NCBI GenBank assembly: GCA_051294375.1 | Contig: CM119268.1 | Span: 23,569,938 to 23,633,937, forward strand | Reading direction: 5' to 3' | Source: Paraspadella gotoi | Lineage: Eukaryota; Animalia; Chaetognatha | Length of the DNA: 64,000 bases | Shown: one piece after another, positions 1-13,246 of the stretch | Layout of the letters: each line of letters starts with the position of its first letter | Position numbering within the stretch: position 1 is the first letter of the stretch | The notes under the pieces: generated by a model | The model's database searches: none | What the model saw: only the letters and a program-made list of their open reading frames with translations | What the model was told of the DNA's origin: nothing | Position numbers and translations under genes: made by a program

Positions 1-66
1 TTTCTCTTCTTTTTCGTCATCGATTTTTTTTTGCTCAGAAAAACAGATAAAAGTCCGTGAGGCTCG

Positions 67-117
<51 letters not shown>

Positions 118-138
118 GTCGTCGTCGTCGTCGTCGTC
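67..138. repeat. (GTC)n trinucleotide microsatellite
   Basis: Direct reading: near-perfect gtc run. Confidence 0.95.
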
Positions 139-2511
139 TGTAGATTGTGATCTATGCGTTATTAACAAATTAAAGAATAAAGAATTAATGTATGAAACAT
201 AAAATTAAAACTTTTGCTATTTTAACATGAAGAAATGTTATTCTATTGTAAGATGGTAATATGTAATATGTAATGTTCACTATGTATTATGTAATATGTC
301 ATATGTAGGTAAGAAAACCTTTAAAATGTAAACAGTGTTGAATGTAAACTTGAGAATATACAAAATTTAAAATTAAAACTTGCATAAAAAATTTTTAAAA
401 TTTTCTTAAAATGCTTTTCAGAAAAGTTAAAAAAATCGTCATGAAGAAAAAAAATCCTATCCAAAAACAGTTATGCCTTTTTATAATTACAAAAGTTAGT
501 AATGATTAATTAAAATAAAATTTATATACTAAAAACGTTAAGGATTTATCTATCAATCAAAAATATAAGTATATATAAATACACTATAGTAGGGCAGTAG
601 TTTATTTTGTATCATTGAATTTGGTTCACGGGTTAAGATACGAAGTCACGTTCTCTTTTCGGGGGATAAAATAAATTATCTCTTTCCATTGACCTTTGGG
701 AGCAGAGAGAGAGAGAGAGANNNNNNNNNNNNNNNNNNNNNNNNNNNNNNNNNNNNNNNNNNNNNNNNNNNNNNNNNNNNNNNNNNNNNNNNNNNNNNNN
801 NNNNNNNNNNNNNNNNNNNNNNNNNNNNNNNNNNNNNNNNNNNNNAGAGAGAGAGAGAGAGAGTGGCCTTTTTCTCTTGACACACGGGTCTAGTGGCACT
901 GATTATAATCGGAAAAGTCATTCGTGTGGCGTTGCCATCGACCCATTGTAGTCTTCTTGCAGGTTCTGGCTGGTTCTGCCAGTTTCCATGAACTCTTGAT
1001 GGCGTCGCTATTTAGTTTTACCTCAGATGGCGTTTTGTATGAAGTCACGTCCCTTCGCCATCTTTTTTTTGTCTAAAAAAAAGATCATTTTGGCGGGAAA
1101 GTCGACGACAACGATGACGATAAAGACGACGACGACGACGANNNNNNNNNNNNNNNNNNNNNNNNNNNNNNNNNNNNNNNNNNNNNNNNNNNNNNNNNNN
1201 NNNNNNNNNNNNNNNNNNNNNNNNNNNNNNNNNNNNNNNNNNNNNNNNNNNNNNNNNNNNNNNNNNNNNNNNNNNNNNNNNNNNNNNNNNNNNNNNNNNN
1301 NNNNNNNNNNNNNNNNNNNNNNNNNATTATGATGACAAAGACGATTTCTCTCTCGCAGTCTTTGTAGCTTCTTTAACTCGCTCTCTGTCTGTCTATCTGT
1401 CTCTTCTTTGACTCTCTCTCTCTCTNNNNNNNNNNNNNNNNNNNNNNNNNNNNNNNNNNNNNNNNNNNNNNNNNNNNNNNNNNNNNNNNNNNNNNNNNNN
1501 NNNNNNNNNNNNNNNNNNNNNNNNNNNNNNNNNNNNNNNNNNNNNNNNNNNNNNNNNNNNNNNNNNNNNNNNNNNNNNNNNNNNNNNNNNNNNNNNNNNN
1601 NNNNNNNNNNNNNNNNNNNNNNNNNNNNNNNNNNNNNNNNNNNNNNNNNNNNNNNNNNNNNNNNNNNNNNNNNNNNNNNNNNNNNNNNNNNNNNGATGCG
1701 AAGGAGAGAGATGAGAGGATGTGAGAAGAGAGAGAGAGAATCCGTCTTTCTTTGCTCGTTTAGCCTAGATTAGCGTCGGCGTCTGAGAGCAAAAAATGAG
1801 AAGAAAATGGAAATTATATGAAGTTCGTTTTGAGACGAAATGTGAGTCATGAGTTGTGTTTGTTGCGCCGCGAATATTCACTTCTCGGTCGGTCTGTCGG
1901 ATGGTCTCTCTGTGGGTCTGTCAGTTTATCTCACTTACATTTAAAATGCTCATAAAACAGGTAATACTCTATCAATTAAGTAATAATGTTAGGTATCATA
2001 AGATCTTTCATGTTCATATGTCTCTTATTTGTTCAGTCATATGATCACCTAAAAATGCGATCACGTGACCAGAAATTCCATGTTCATCATTTTTTAAAAT
2101 ACTTAAATATTTTAGATAATACATGAATGAGGATAGTAAGTTACGAGTAAATCCTTCTTGGGCCTGTCTATCAATTTTGTTTCATACATATTTACTCTCG
2201 TGATCATATAAAAATACAGTCACTTGATTGCAGAGTAAATGCAGAATATTTTGTGTCTTATTTGGTTCTTTTAGTTATAACTTTGCGGATAAGTGATCAA
2301 CCATAGAACGTTTGTTACAATTATATTTCTTAGTTATGCAGTAACGTGATCACACAAAAATCCTAACGCAGAGAAAGTTTCTGTTCCGCAAAACAAAAAT
2401 TGTGATTTATCATCTGATTAGCTGATTACCGCTTAATTATCGTAGGCAGATCCGACATTGTTTGCTCAAACTTGTTTAGATTAAAACCCATCAAATACTC
2501 TTAAATCCAGA

Positions 2512-2608
2512 AGGACTATGGTAAAACTATGTCAGGACTATGGTAAAACTATGTCAGGAAAGGCCTGTGACCATCATTATATTATGGCCACATATGGCCT
2601 GTGACCAT
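2512..2608. repeat. Two adjacent short tandem duplications (22-bp x2 and ~34-bp x2)
   Basis: aggactatggtaaaactatgtc occurs twice, then ggcctgtgaccatcattatattatggccacatat occurs twice. Confidence 0.85.
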
Positions 2609-3226
2609 CATTATATTATGGCCACATATTATTATGTTTACAACCGAGTAGCTGAAAAAAATCCTTTGGGTATTTAGAAAGATTTGAATTTGTCAAAATT
2701 GATAAAAAGTTAAATTCGACTTTTACTTTGAGTGCTGATAACATGTGATATAATCATTTGATTTTAAAAATAAAGAAATTATAAAAAACTGTGAGAACTT
2801 CTGGATCAAACGAATACAGTAAATGTATTTTTTATGACTGTACTGATTCACTGTATTCATTTGTAAAGTGTCAGTAAGCTTGAGACACTCTGTAGATACT
2901 CAGGCGTCGTAGTCGTCGTCGTTGTTGTTGTTGTAGGCGTCGTCCATCAGAGACGAAAATAGAAAAAAACAAAAGACACTAAGTCGAACACGAAACAAAA
3001 CGGATATAAACAAAACATATAAAAGAATATGTTACTTAGTTATACTAGTTTATTAAAAATTAATTTTAATATTTTATCATTTGAATTAGTACCAAAAAAG
3101 GGTATATATTTACCTATTTATTTACAGTCAAAATAATACAATGAGATACTACAAAATTAAAATTTAGTTGCTAATGAAGAGTAAGTGGGGGAAAAGATCA
3201 AGGCTGCACAACCACTGTGTAGGCGA

Positions 3227-3262
<36 letters not shown>

Positions 3263-3959
3263 NNNNNNNNNNNNNNNNNNNNNNNNNNNNNNNNNNNNNN
3301 NNNNNNNNNNNNNNNNNNNNNNNNNNNNNNNNNNNNNNNNNNNNNNNNNNNNNNNNNNNNNNNNNNNNNNNNNNNNNNNNNNNNNNNNNNNNNNNNNNNN
3401 NNNNNNNNNNNNNNNNNNNNNNNNNNNNNNNNNNNNNNNNNNNNNNNNNNNNNNNNNNNNNNNNNNNNNNNNNNNNNNNNNNNNNNNNNNNNNNNNNNNN
3501 NNNNNNNNNNNNNNNNNNNNNNNNNNNNNNNNNNNNNNNNNNNNNNNNNNNNNNNNNNNNNNNNNNNNNNNNNNNNNNNNNNNNNNNNNNNNNNNNNNNN
3601 NNNNNNNNNNNNNNNNNNNNNNNNNNNNNNNNNNNNNNNNNNNNNNNNNNNNNNNNNNNNNNNNCTCTTACTACTTCTCTCTCTCTCTCTCTCTCTCTAC
3701 CCTCTCTTCTCTCTCTCGCCTCTCATGCTTTTGAAAGGTCTTCATTGTCGCTACAACAACATAAATAGATTTTAGATCATCGGTACGACTAGTCGTTCTC
3801 GGTCGTGTATCACACCGCCTCGCAGCTCTGAAGTGCGGCTATGATCATCACTCCTGCTGACGCCTGATTTAGTGCGATTGCCTAGATCACAACCGCGATG
3901 CGATAGTGTCGGGTCTGAGTAATGACGGTTTATCTACTGTTATTGGATCTCTCACTTTT

Positions 3960-4470
3960 AATTAATTAAATAATTAATTATTTAATTAATAATAATTAAT
4001 TAATAATTAATTATTTAATTCATTAATTAATCAACAAATTAAAGAATAAGTGAATTAATCAAGTTATAAATTAGTTAATGCAGCTTGCATAATTATATTT
4101 ATTTAAGAAAAAAAGCATAATCAAATAGTACAACATGTTTTTTTGTTATTTCTATTTTACATCCGCTCAATGAAACAGTTTCCTAACCTTACAAACAATT
4201 TCATCTCAATCCATCCATTCACTCATGAGTAATTGGCGTTAAAATCTAATGAGGGACGGACAGACAGACAGACGGACAGACAGACGAACGGACGAACGGA
4301 CGAACGGACGAACGGACGAACGGACGAACGGACGTTCGGACGGACGGACGGAAGGACGGACGTTCGGACGGACCTAGAGACGGATGGCCTAACTTATCAA
4401 AATTCGATATTCTGAGATGATGTAAGTGACTTACCGACAAGATTGTTGGGGCGGACCGACGGACCGACAA
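3960..4470 (-). mobile_element. DINE-1/HINE-like non-autonomous Helentron-type repeat, partial copy
   Basis: Reverse complement of the 16401-17214 element: ccgacaagattg..gggcggaccgacggaccgacaaa core, (GACA/GACG) microsatellite and AT-rich taattaat region. Confidence 0.65.
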
Positions 4471-4730
4471 AAGAAATGGAAGAGCCTCAAAATGGTAGAG
4501 ACTAAAAATAAATTTAAAACTGTAAACGTTTTAAATTTTATTTTTGAAAAAAAAGTAAGAAATCCTTCACATCGTTTAATAGAATATTTCTCAATGCGTA
4601 ATTAATCTTAAACGCGATTTAATTAATTTTCTTAATCTTTCGTTTCGAAATTATCTTTTCTTACAAATCGCGATTCGCTTCTCATCTCATTTTATCGCCG
4701 AGAATTAAAGACGCGCGAAGAAAATGGCGT

Positions 4731-4731
<1 letters not shown>

Positions 4732-4813
<82 letters not shown>
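4732..4813. repeat. (GA)n microsatellite, representative of dozens in the window; most N-gaps are flanked by such runs
   Basis: Direct reading. Confidence 0.97.
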
Positions 4814-4816
<3 letters not shown>

Positions 4817-5417
4817 TGATATCTTCCTTATCTAATAGAGGAAACAGTTGGACGCCATTTTTCTCTTGATGCAGAAAATCGAAAGGAAATGAAAAGACAT
4901 TTTTTTTCTCTTTTTTTCTGTTTTTCTGTTTTTCTGTCCTTTTTTTAGTTTTTAATTCTATTTTTCTCTCTTCAGTCTCTCATTAATTTCCTCGTTAGCC
5001 TCTTTATAGGTTTTTTTAAAAGTTACGCCGCGAGCGCTCGCGAAAGAAGTCCTTTAGAGATCTGTCGGGTAATTGGTCTGTCTGTCTATTGGTCATTCTC
5101 TTTTGTTATTCTTGAAATTCTTCTTTCATTACATACATTACACATAATAGATTGCAAATTAGATTAATAAAACATATTTGAAAATACGTACCCAAATAAA
5201 TACCCAAATGTAATAAATAATCCTTTTTGTTATTTACATCTTATTTTTTTAGCAAGAGATAAAAAATAAATATTTACTCATTTAAAAAAAAACAAAATTA
5301 ATATGCAAATGAGGTTTTGAAGTGAGATTTTGAAATAAAAAAAAACAAAGGAACATTTCCGGAGAAAATGCGATGCAATACTTTAAAATCGCTCGTCTTC
5401 CTTCTCCTCATTTTCCG

Positions 5418-5515
<98 letters not shown>

Positions 5516-5585
5516 TTATATTTTTATTTCTTTTTATCTTCCACTTCTAATCCTCGTCTCGAGTCTCTTTCAACATTTTTACTTC

Positions 5586-6243
5586 GACGACGACGACGAG
5601 ACGACGACGACGACGATGACGACGATGACGAAGAAGATGATGAGAAAGACGACGACGATAGCGATAATGATGATGACGTCTATGATTATGATGATGATTA
5701 TGATGATGATTATGATGATGATAATGACGATAATTATGATGATGATGATGATAATGATGACGATGATGACGACGATGACGACGCCGACAATCATGACGAC
5801 GACGACGACGATGATGACGAAAAAGAAGATGAGAAAGACAACGACGATAGCGACGTAAATGGTGATGATGACGTCTATGATGATGATGATGATGATGCTG
5901 AGGATGATGATGATGATGATGANNNNNNNNNNNNNNNNNNNNNNNNNNNNNNNNNNNNNNNNNNNNNNNNNNNNNNNNNNNNNNNNNNNNNNNNNNNNNN
6001 NNNNNNNNNNNNNNNNNNNNNNNNNNNNNNNNNNNNNNNNNNNNNNNNNNNNNNNNNNNNNNNNNNNNNNNNNNNNNNNNNNNNNNNNNNNNNNNNNNNN
6101 NNNNNNNNNNNNNNNNNNNNNNNNNNNNNNNNNNNNNNNNNNNNNNNNNNNNGATGATGATGATGATGATAATGATGATGATGACGACGATGACGGCGAC
6201 GATGACGACGCCGACAATTATGACGACTACGATGACGACGACT
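5586..6243. repeat. Compound (GAC/GAT)n microsatellite with a higher-order internal duplication, interrupted by an N-gap
   Basis: The block gagaaagac..gacgatagcga..gatgatgacgtctatgat occurs at ~5640 and ~5830; acgacgccgacaat occurs at ~5780 and ~6205. Confidence 0.9.
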
Positions 6244-6940
6244 AAGTACGACAACAACATCGAAGAGACGAAAACGACCAACACATTTCGACTCAACGAC
6301 TTTCGTCTCTTCCGACTTTTGGGCATAAAAACATCAACAAACAAATAGAAATAATTTGACAATACCTCCTACCTTTTATTTCCTGTTTAGTCTGACTTAA
6401 TAATTACTTAATAATTACTTAATGATTACCTTCTTATTTGTTTTTTTATTTTCTCCTTTTCTGTCATCTCGTTTCCTATTATCTTTATCTCTTTACAATT
6501 TATCTTCTAGTTTCCTTTTAGATCCGTTTATTATATTTTTATATTATCATTTCCCATTATTATCATCCCACTTATCATCAAAACTTTTGACACACACAAT
6601 TACCGTAATTTTATTTCATCCTAAATTTAATCCCTCGGCTCTCTTTTCCAAAAGCACCCCATGTCTGACATGACAAGACCCTGATCATTATCCTAATCAA
6701 TAACCTAATTCTTAACCCGATCTCCAACACAAAACTCTAACTTTATTCTTAAAGATAAAGATATTTAAACATAAAATAGGGCGCTTTTAGAAAATAAGGC
6801 CAACACTACTACCCTTAGCTTTGTTCATCAACCCACCCACGATAACTCAATGCCCCAGGTTCTTCAACAGCGCGCCATATTTTCCGAAAGCGACATAGTT
6901 TAGTCTATATTTAGAATGGTAATCGAGCATTGTATACCTT

Positions 6941-7160
6941 CAGTCGTGACCCGGTGACTCATTGAGTACCATCAGCTCATGACCATTAAGTACTGGGATC
7001 GATCCCCAATGGTATCGACCCTGAGGGAAGTGTGAGGACGACCGTAAACCGCCTTGGGGCTCAGAAAACCCTCAAGCGAGGTTCCAAGCCAAGGACTCGT
7101 TCCATTGCTGCTGAGGGGGAAAAGAAATAAGGATAATAGTCTTCAGCACACTTAGCACCT
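6941..7160 (+). mobile_element. tRNA-derived SINE-like element, copy 1
   Basis: gtgacccggtgactcattgagta (A-box-like), gggatcgatccc (B-box-like), body gggaagtgtgaggacg..ggttccaagcc; homologous to 12321-12497 and 19345-19458. Confidence 0.7.
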
Positions 7161-7374
7161 TCACCACAGAATTATATAAGTTTTTAAGTTTTAAGCTTTA
7201 AGAGAGGCAAAAATTAAAAGGGAGAAAAAAAACGTGGAAACTCAGAAGAAAAAAAAACGATTAAAGTTGACCTTGGAAGAAAACGAAGCAGAATGGAGCA
7301 GAATGGAGCAAAACGGAGCAAAAAAGAGCGAGGCATCCCATCAAAAGAGAGCGAGTCAGCAACGTGGGCGAGCC

Positions 7375-7502
7375 GTCAAAGGTGGCGTGCCTTCAAAATT
7401 ATAGAACCACCAAAGGGGGAATGCCACCAAAGGGAGAATGTCACCAAAGGAGGCGTGCCATTCAAGGAGGCGTGGCATTAAAGGAGGCGTGCCACCCAAG
7501 GG
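7375..7502. repeat. Degenerate ~19-20-bp tandem repeat (aaggaggcgtgccaccaa-like)
   Basis: About six imperfect units read directly. Confidence 0.7.
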
Positions 7503-7821
7503 TTCGTGAGAATCAGAATGGCGGAAAATCTTTCGTCTTTTTAGGGAATAAATGAATAAATGAAGAAGACTTTCCTTTTCGTTTTTGAGTTCGTCGTTGT
7601 TCGTCGTTGTGTTCGTCGTTGTTCGTCGTTGTGTTCGTTTTTGTGGATTTTTTTGTTTAGGTTTTGCGCTGTCATATCTATCAAGATAATTACCACAGTA
7701 ATAAAAAAGAAAACAACAACAAAAACAACAACAACAACAACAACAACAACCACCACCGCTTTATCCACAATAACCACGAATTCTTCATCCACTTCTCCTC
7801 CAGAGAAAGTCTTTCTTTTTT

Positions 7822-7881
<60 letters not shown>

Positions 7882-8830
7882 TCACCCATTTCTCTCTATC
7901 CCTCTCCCTCTCACTCCCTCTCTCTCCCTGTCTCTCACTCTCTCTCTCTCTCTAACTTTCTCTTTCTCTCTCCCACTCCCTCTCTCTCCCTCTCTCTCTC
8001 AAAATAACGCCATGCAGTCGTAAACTGGTCGCGTTTTTAACGGAANNNNNNNNNNNNNNNNNNNNNNNNNNNNNNNNNNNNNNNNNNNNNNNNNNNNNNN
8101 NNNNNNNNNNNNNNNNNNNNNNNNNNNNNNNNNNNNNNNNNNNNNNNNNNNNNNNNNNNNNNNNNNNNNNNNNNNNNNNNNNNNNNNNNNNNNNNNNNNN
8201 NNNNNNNNNNNNNNNNNNNNNNNNNNNNNNNNNNNNNNNNNNNNNNNNNNNNNNNNNNNNNNNNNNNNNNNNNNNNNNNNNNNNNNNNNNNNNNNNNNNN
8301 NNNNNNNNNNNNNNNNNNNNNNNNNNNNNNNNNNNNNNNNNNNNNNNNNNNNNNNNNNNNNNNNNNNNNNNNNNNNNNNNNNNNNNNNNNNNNNNNNNNN
8401 NNNNNNNNNNNNNNNNNNNNNNNNNNNNNNNNNNNNNNNNNNNNNNNNNNNNNNNNNNNNNNNNNNNNNNNNNNNNNNNNNNNNNNNNNNNNNNNNNNNN
8501 NNNNNNNNNNNNNNNNNNNNNNNNNNNNNNNNNNNNNNNNNNNNNNNNNNNNNNNNNNNNNNNNNNNNNNNNNNNNNNNNNNNNNNNNNNNNNNNNNNNN
8601 NNNNNNNNNNNNNNNNNNNNNNNNNNNNNNNNTCGTCGTCGTCGTCGTCGGCGTCGTCGTCGTCGTCTTCGTTGTCATCTTGTCTTCTTTGTATTATTTA
8701 AATATTATTTTTTGATTTTTTTGCTTTTTTTTCTACTTTTCTTTCTTTCTTTCTTTTTTTCTTTCTTTCTTTCTTTTTTTCTTTCTTTTTTAAAATTATT
8801 TTAGTTTCTTCTCTCTTTCTCTCATCCCCT

Positions 8831-8865
<35 letters not shown>

Positions 8866-9919
8866 NNNNNNNNNNNNNNNNNNNNNNNNNNNNNNNNNNN
8901 NNNNNNNNNNNNNNNNNNNNNNNNNNNNNNNNNNNNNNNNNNNNNNNNNNNNNNNNNNNNNNNNNNNNNNNNNNNNNNNNNNNNNNNNNNNNNNNNNNNN
9001 NNNNNNNNNNNNNNNNNNNNNNNNNNNNNNNNNNNNNNNNNNNNNNNNNNNNTCCCCCTTCAGATTTCCGCTCCATGAAATCCACGGAACAAACGAAGCG
9101 AAATATGTGATCAACTTCTTCTGATCTTCAGCTTCTTTGCTCGCATTTTGTGCGAACAGAGAAATTAGATGCGATCTTTCGTTTTTGGTCAGTTTTCTCG
9201 ACGAGTTTTTTTCTGGTTGTATTTTAGTACAAAATCTTTGTATCGTGTCCTTACTTTTTGCGCTGATGAAGTTCTGATCAAAGACCGAAACGTATCCCAA
9301 TCTAATTTGTAAAATCGTTGTTCAATACCAATAATAAACTCTATACTTTGTAAACCTGAAATTTCTCTTGAATTGCAAAAATGTAAATAACATTACCGGC
9401 CTAAAATTCCATTCCTTTTTGGAATTCTTTGATTTCATTACAAAATGGTTCGTTTAAAAGTCATTGTAATTTTATTTCTACTCGCATTTCCTCGATGTTT
9501 TTTCTGAAATAAACTCGCGTTCATTTCACACTTGATCTCGAATTATTTTCTTACTAAAAATTACATCCTCCACAAGAGAGAGACAGAGAGACAGAGAGAG
9601 AGAGTGTGTGACTGTTTTCTTAACTCTCAAGAATACTTAACGAAAGCTTGAAAAAAAAAAGCTTTTGCAATTATGAAATTACAAATAAAGACTATCTCGC
9701 CCCTTGCTTGTTATTGAAGGCCTTTCCATCCCTCTTACAAGATAAAATCATACATACATACATAGCAAGGACCCTCAAGCTTTTAATCTAGGTTAGTTTC
9801 TAATACGTATGAAGTAAGTAATTAATGATTAATATTTCTTATACATTTCTTAAATAAAAATTTTTTTTCGTTTTCCTCAAAGAATTTCGAGTTAATCTCG
9901 CGGAATTTCTTAGGCGATA

Positions 9920-9957
<38 letters not shown>

Positions 9958-10397
9958 NNNNNNNNNNNNNNNNNNNNNNNNNNNNNNNNNNNNNNNNNNN
10001 NNNNNNNNNNNNNNNNNNNNNNNNNNNNNNNNNNNNNNNNNNNNNNNNNNNNNNNNNNNNNNNNNNNNNNNNNNNNNNNNNNNNNNNNNNNNNNNNNNNN
10101 NNNNNNNNNNNNNNNNNNNNNNNNNNNNNNNNNNNNNNNNNNNNNNNNNNNNNNNNNNNNNNNNNNNNNNNNNNNNNNNNNNNNNNNNNNNNNNNNNNNN
10201 NNAGAGAGAGAGAGGATATTTCAGAGGGTGGCGCCTGTAGAAGTATTGATACCAGACGATTTTCTATCGACTAAATTAAAAATCTTTAAAAAATTATATA
10301 ATATTTTCAGAGTTAATTCGCTTTTCGAAAAGGAAGCCTTTTCGGCCTTATTTTCCCAGGACGACCCATTTTACATTATATTTTAAATCAGGTTAAT

Positions 10398-10583
10398 TTT
10401 TTAGTCGGATCTGCTGTCAGCAGATCCCGACTCTATAATTCACTTTGTCGGTCCGTCGGTCCGCCCCCTCAATCTTGTCGGGCATTCACTTAAATCATGT
10501 CAGAACATCGAATTATGATAAATTATGCAAAAAAAATGATGTCCGTCCGTCCGTCTGTCTGTCTGTCCGTCCGTCCGTCCGTC
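10398..10583 (+). mobile_element. DINE-1/HINE-like element, 5' portion
   Basis: T-run, then gtcggatctgc followed closely by its inverted copy (gtcggatctgctgtcagcagatcccgac), conserved core ttcactttgtcggtccgtcggtccgccccc and (GTCC/GTCT)n microsatellite. Confidence 0.7.
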
Positions 10584-11012
10584 AAGCTTTCTCAGTGGGA
10601 GGCGCGTGATTATTCTCTTATTATTGCTTCTGTTATAAATGACCTACGATTTCTTTAGTTTTAAGACAAGATTGTTTAGAACAACTAATGTAAAAGCATG
10701 TGTTACCTGCTTCGAAAATATATTTGGTAAAGCTTTCGAATTATTTGTTAATTTTTACATTATCAAAAATATAAGTTAGCACTAAATTCAAATTTTCTCT
10801 TTTTGTACATTTTTACGGTAGCGATGAATAAAAAAAAAAACAAACAGAAAATGAAAGTAAAATAAAAGTTCAAAAACTTTCTTCAAATCAAAATTTACTT
10901 TTTTGTTGTTTTTTTTTATTTTTCATTTTGTCGTCGGTTTGAAAAACTGAAAATATATTAACAGTAAAATTTTTATGAGAATCATCAAATTAAATCGTAT
11001 CAGAGAGAATGT

Positions 11013-11073
<61 letters not shown>

Positions 11074-12320
11074 GAAAAGAAATTTAGCTTTAATTCTTTT
11101 TCTCTCTGTCTCTATTTCATTTTCTTTTTAACTCTTGAATCCAGATATTTGTCTTTCTTTTTTTAAATCTTTCTTTTTTATTCTGTCTTTTCTTTCTGTT
11201 CAAAATTATTTTTTTCTGATATCACAACTCGAAATAAAAAAAAATTAAAAAAAAGAAGTTTTCAACAATACGAGCGTAAAATAAAGAATATTCCTCCAAA
11301 ATAAATAAAGAAATATAAATGTCAATTATAACATTACACTGCGTTAAAAAAACTAATTCTGTATCATTACAAGTTTTAAAGTTTGTTAAAATAGACTTTG
11401 GTTTATCGGTTTATAAAATTTAGCAAAACTTGTGACTGTTAGCTAGGAAAGGTCATTAGATTAATTAGTCGAAAGTTACAATTAGGGTCGACCCAGATTA
11501 CAATAACTTACTGTAACAGATCAAATCTTGTTTTGATCCGTTGACTTTTTGATTGGAGGAAATTCCTTCTTCCAAAAAAGACGAGAGACGACGACGACGA
11601 CGACGACGAGGAAATCGTCGTAAGAAGCCCAAGTTGAAGCTTCTAAGATTCGATATTCAACTCTCTCTCTCTCTCTCTCTCTCNNNNNNNNNNNNNNNNN
11701 NNNNNNNNNNNNNNNNNNNNNNNNNNNNNNNNNNNNNNNNNNNNNNNNNNNNNNNNNNNNNNNNNNNNNNNNNNNNNNNNNNNNNNNNNNNNNNNNNNNN
11801 NNNNNNNNNNNNNNNNNNNNNNNNNNNNNNNNNNNNNNNNNNNNNNNNNNNNNNNNNNNNNNNNNNNNNNNNNNNNNNNNNNNNNNNNNNNNNNNNNNNN
11901 NNNNNNNNNNNNNNNNNNNNNNNNNNNNNNNNNNNNNNNNNNCTCTCTCTCTCTTCTGTGACTTACCCAAAATCTCAACTTGAGGTGAGGATTCCAAAAC
12001 TCGAAATATTTCTCAAGCTTCAGTCTGGGTAGCTGTGTATCACCATGTTTTTCTTCCTCTCTCCTCTTCTCTCTCTCTCTCTCTCTCTCTCTTTCGTGAG
12101 ACATTAATGCTGAAATAGCGACAATAAAGAAATTTAAAGAAATATTGAAATTTGCTCTTAAGGATTTAGAGCATAGTGAAATTAATTTGAAAGTAGTTAA
12201 TAATAATTAGATAATTAGATGTATAATACTGAGTTGAAATATGGCTACAAATGAGGATGTCAAAATTAATACTCTAATTACCCGTGTATTGCCGAAGTTC
12301 ACCTTTAAGCATAACACATT

Positions 12321-12497
12321 CTGTTGTGACCCGGGGGCTCATTGAGTAAAGCTCTTCACCACTAGGTACCGGGTTCAATCCCAATCTGGTAACTACCCTG
12401 CGGGAAGCGTGAGGACGGCCCTAAACCTCCTTGGTTCCAAGCCCAGGACCCATTCCATGGCTGCCGGGGTGGCAAAGAAGTAGTCTTTAGCGCCTTA
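12321..12497 (+). mobile_element. tRNA-derived SINE-like element, copy 2
   Basis: A-box-like ggctcattgagtaaag and B-box gggttcaatccc (12371-12382); body shared with copies 1 and 3. Confidence 0.72.
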
Positions 12498-12872
12498 TCC
12501 ACATATAAACGGGGTATGTACTTTATTGTGGTTCTGCGTGTTTTTAGTATTTTTTACAGGAAGTATCCACCAGTATACAAAATACTATGTTGTACTCCTC
12601 ACGAGCATCAACTTTATTAAGTTGCTACAGTCAGTATAAAATTAATTAGTTATTAATTTAATAAAATGATATAATCATATATAAACATTCATTCACCCTA
12701 CGTCTTACCCTAGATTTTTGTCCCCCCCCATAATATTTTCTTCGTTTTTTTTTCGATTTTTAATTCGTCTTTTCCTTTCTGATTTGCTTATTTTCTATTC
12801 CAAGTAAATACATCTTCCATTAATTGAAACCGAATGTCATACGGAATCGCTAATCGATTGCGTTAAAGGGTT

Positions 12873-12931
12873 CCAATCGCTCTCTCGACTAATTACGACG
12901 AACAATAACAAACAAGCGAAAACCCCGCCCC
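12873..12931 (+). promoter_or_regulatory. Candidate proximal promoter of the Cys-rich gene (CCAAT box 12873-12877, GC box CCCCGCCCC 12923-12931)
   Basis: Motif matches 130-190 bp upstream of ATG 13060. Short motifs only, no transcript evidence. Confidence 0.3.
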
Positions 12932-13059
12932 GTAAAAAATCACCTTAAAAGGTTTAAAGTCGGTTAAAGCGAGACGCGATTTTTCTTTCCCCCCCCGGAG
13001 AATTTTAGGGTTTTTTTTTTCTTAATTTTCTTAAATCAAATCAAATTTAAATTAAAGAG

Positions 13060-13246
13060 ATGCGCCGGTTAATTTTATCGTTGTGGATTCTTATTGTTTT
13101 GGGTGACGATCCCGAAAAGCCGGATGAATGTCGGACCGGAGACTTTTGCGCCAACCAACCGGAATTAAAAATAGAGTTTGGAGATGATTCGAATTCGAAA
13201 TCTATAACAGGATTGATGGACGGGTGCTGCCGAATCACGATGGAAG
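13060..13246 (+). CDS. Exon 1 of uncharacterised secreted/cell-surface Cys-rich protein (signal peptide + first half of module 1)
   Basis: MRRLILSLWILIVLG|DDP signal peptide, then C-x5-C-x25-CC; donor GAAG|gtagaa, phase 1. Confidence 0.8.

Noticed and set aside
880-1030. Unique GC-balanced stretch with an open minus-strand frame
   Set aside because: No clear splice boundaries or recognisable motif, and it is flanked by gaps.
5586-6245. Poly-Asp reading frame resembling acidic biomineralisation proteins, and the poly-His/poly-Ile antisense ORFs
   Set aside because: GAT/GAC repeats rarely mutate to stops in this frame, so openness is uninformative. There is no start, signal peptide or convincing splice context, and similar repeats are scattered through the window.
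626-12104. Many long ORFs in the track containing X runs or SLSLSL/ERERER (also 39157-39747 and 50489-55662)
   Set aside because: They are translations of N-gaps and (GA)n/(CT)n microsatellites, not genes.
12321-12400. Functional tRNA gene
   Set aside because: A/B-box-like motifs are present, but there is no convincing cloverleaf and the sequence continues into a body shared by divergent dispersed copies (SINE-like).
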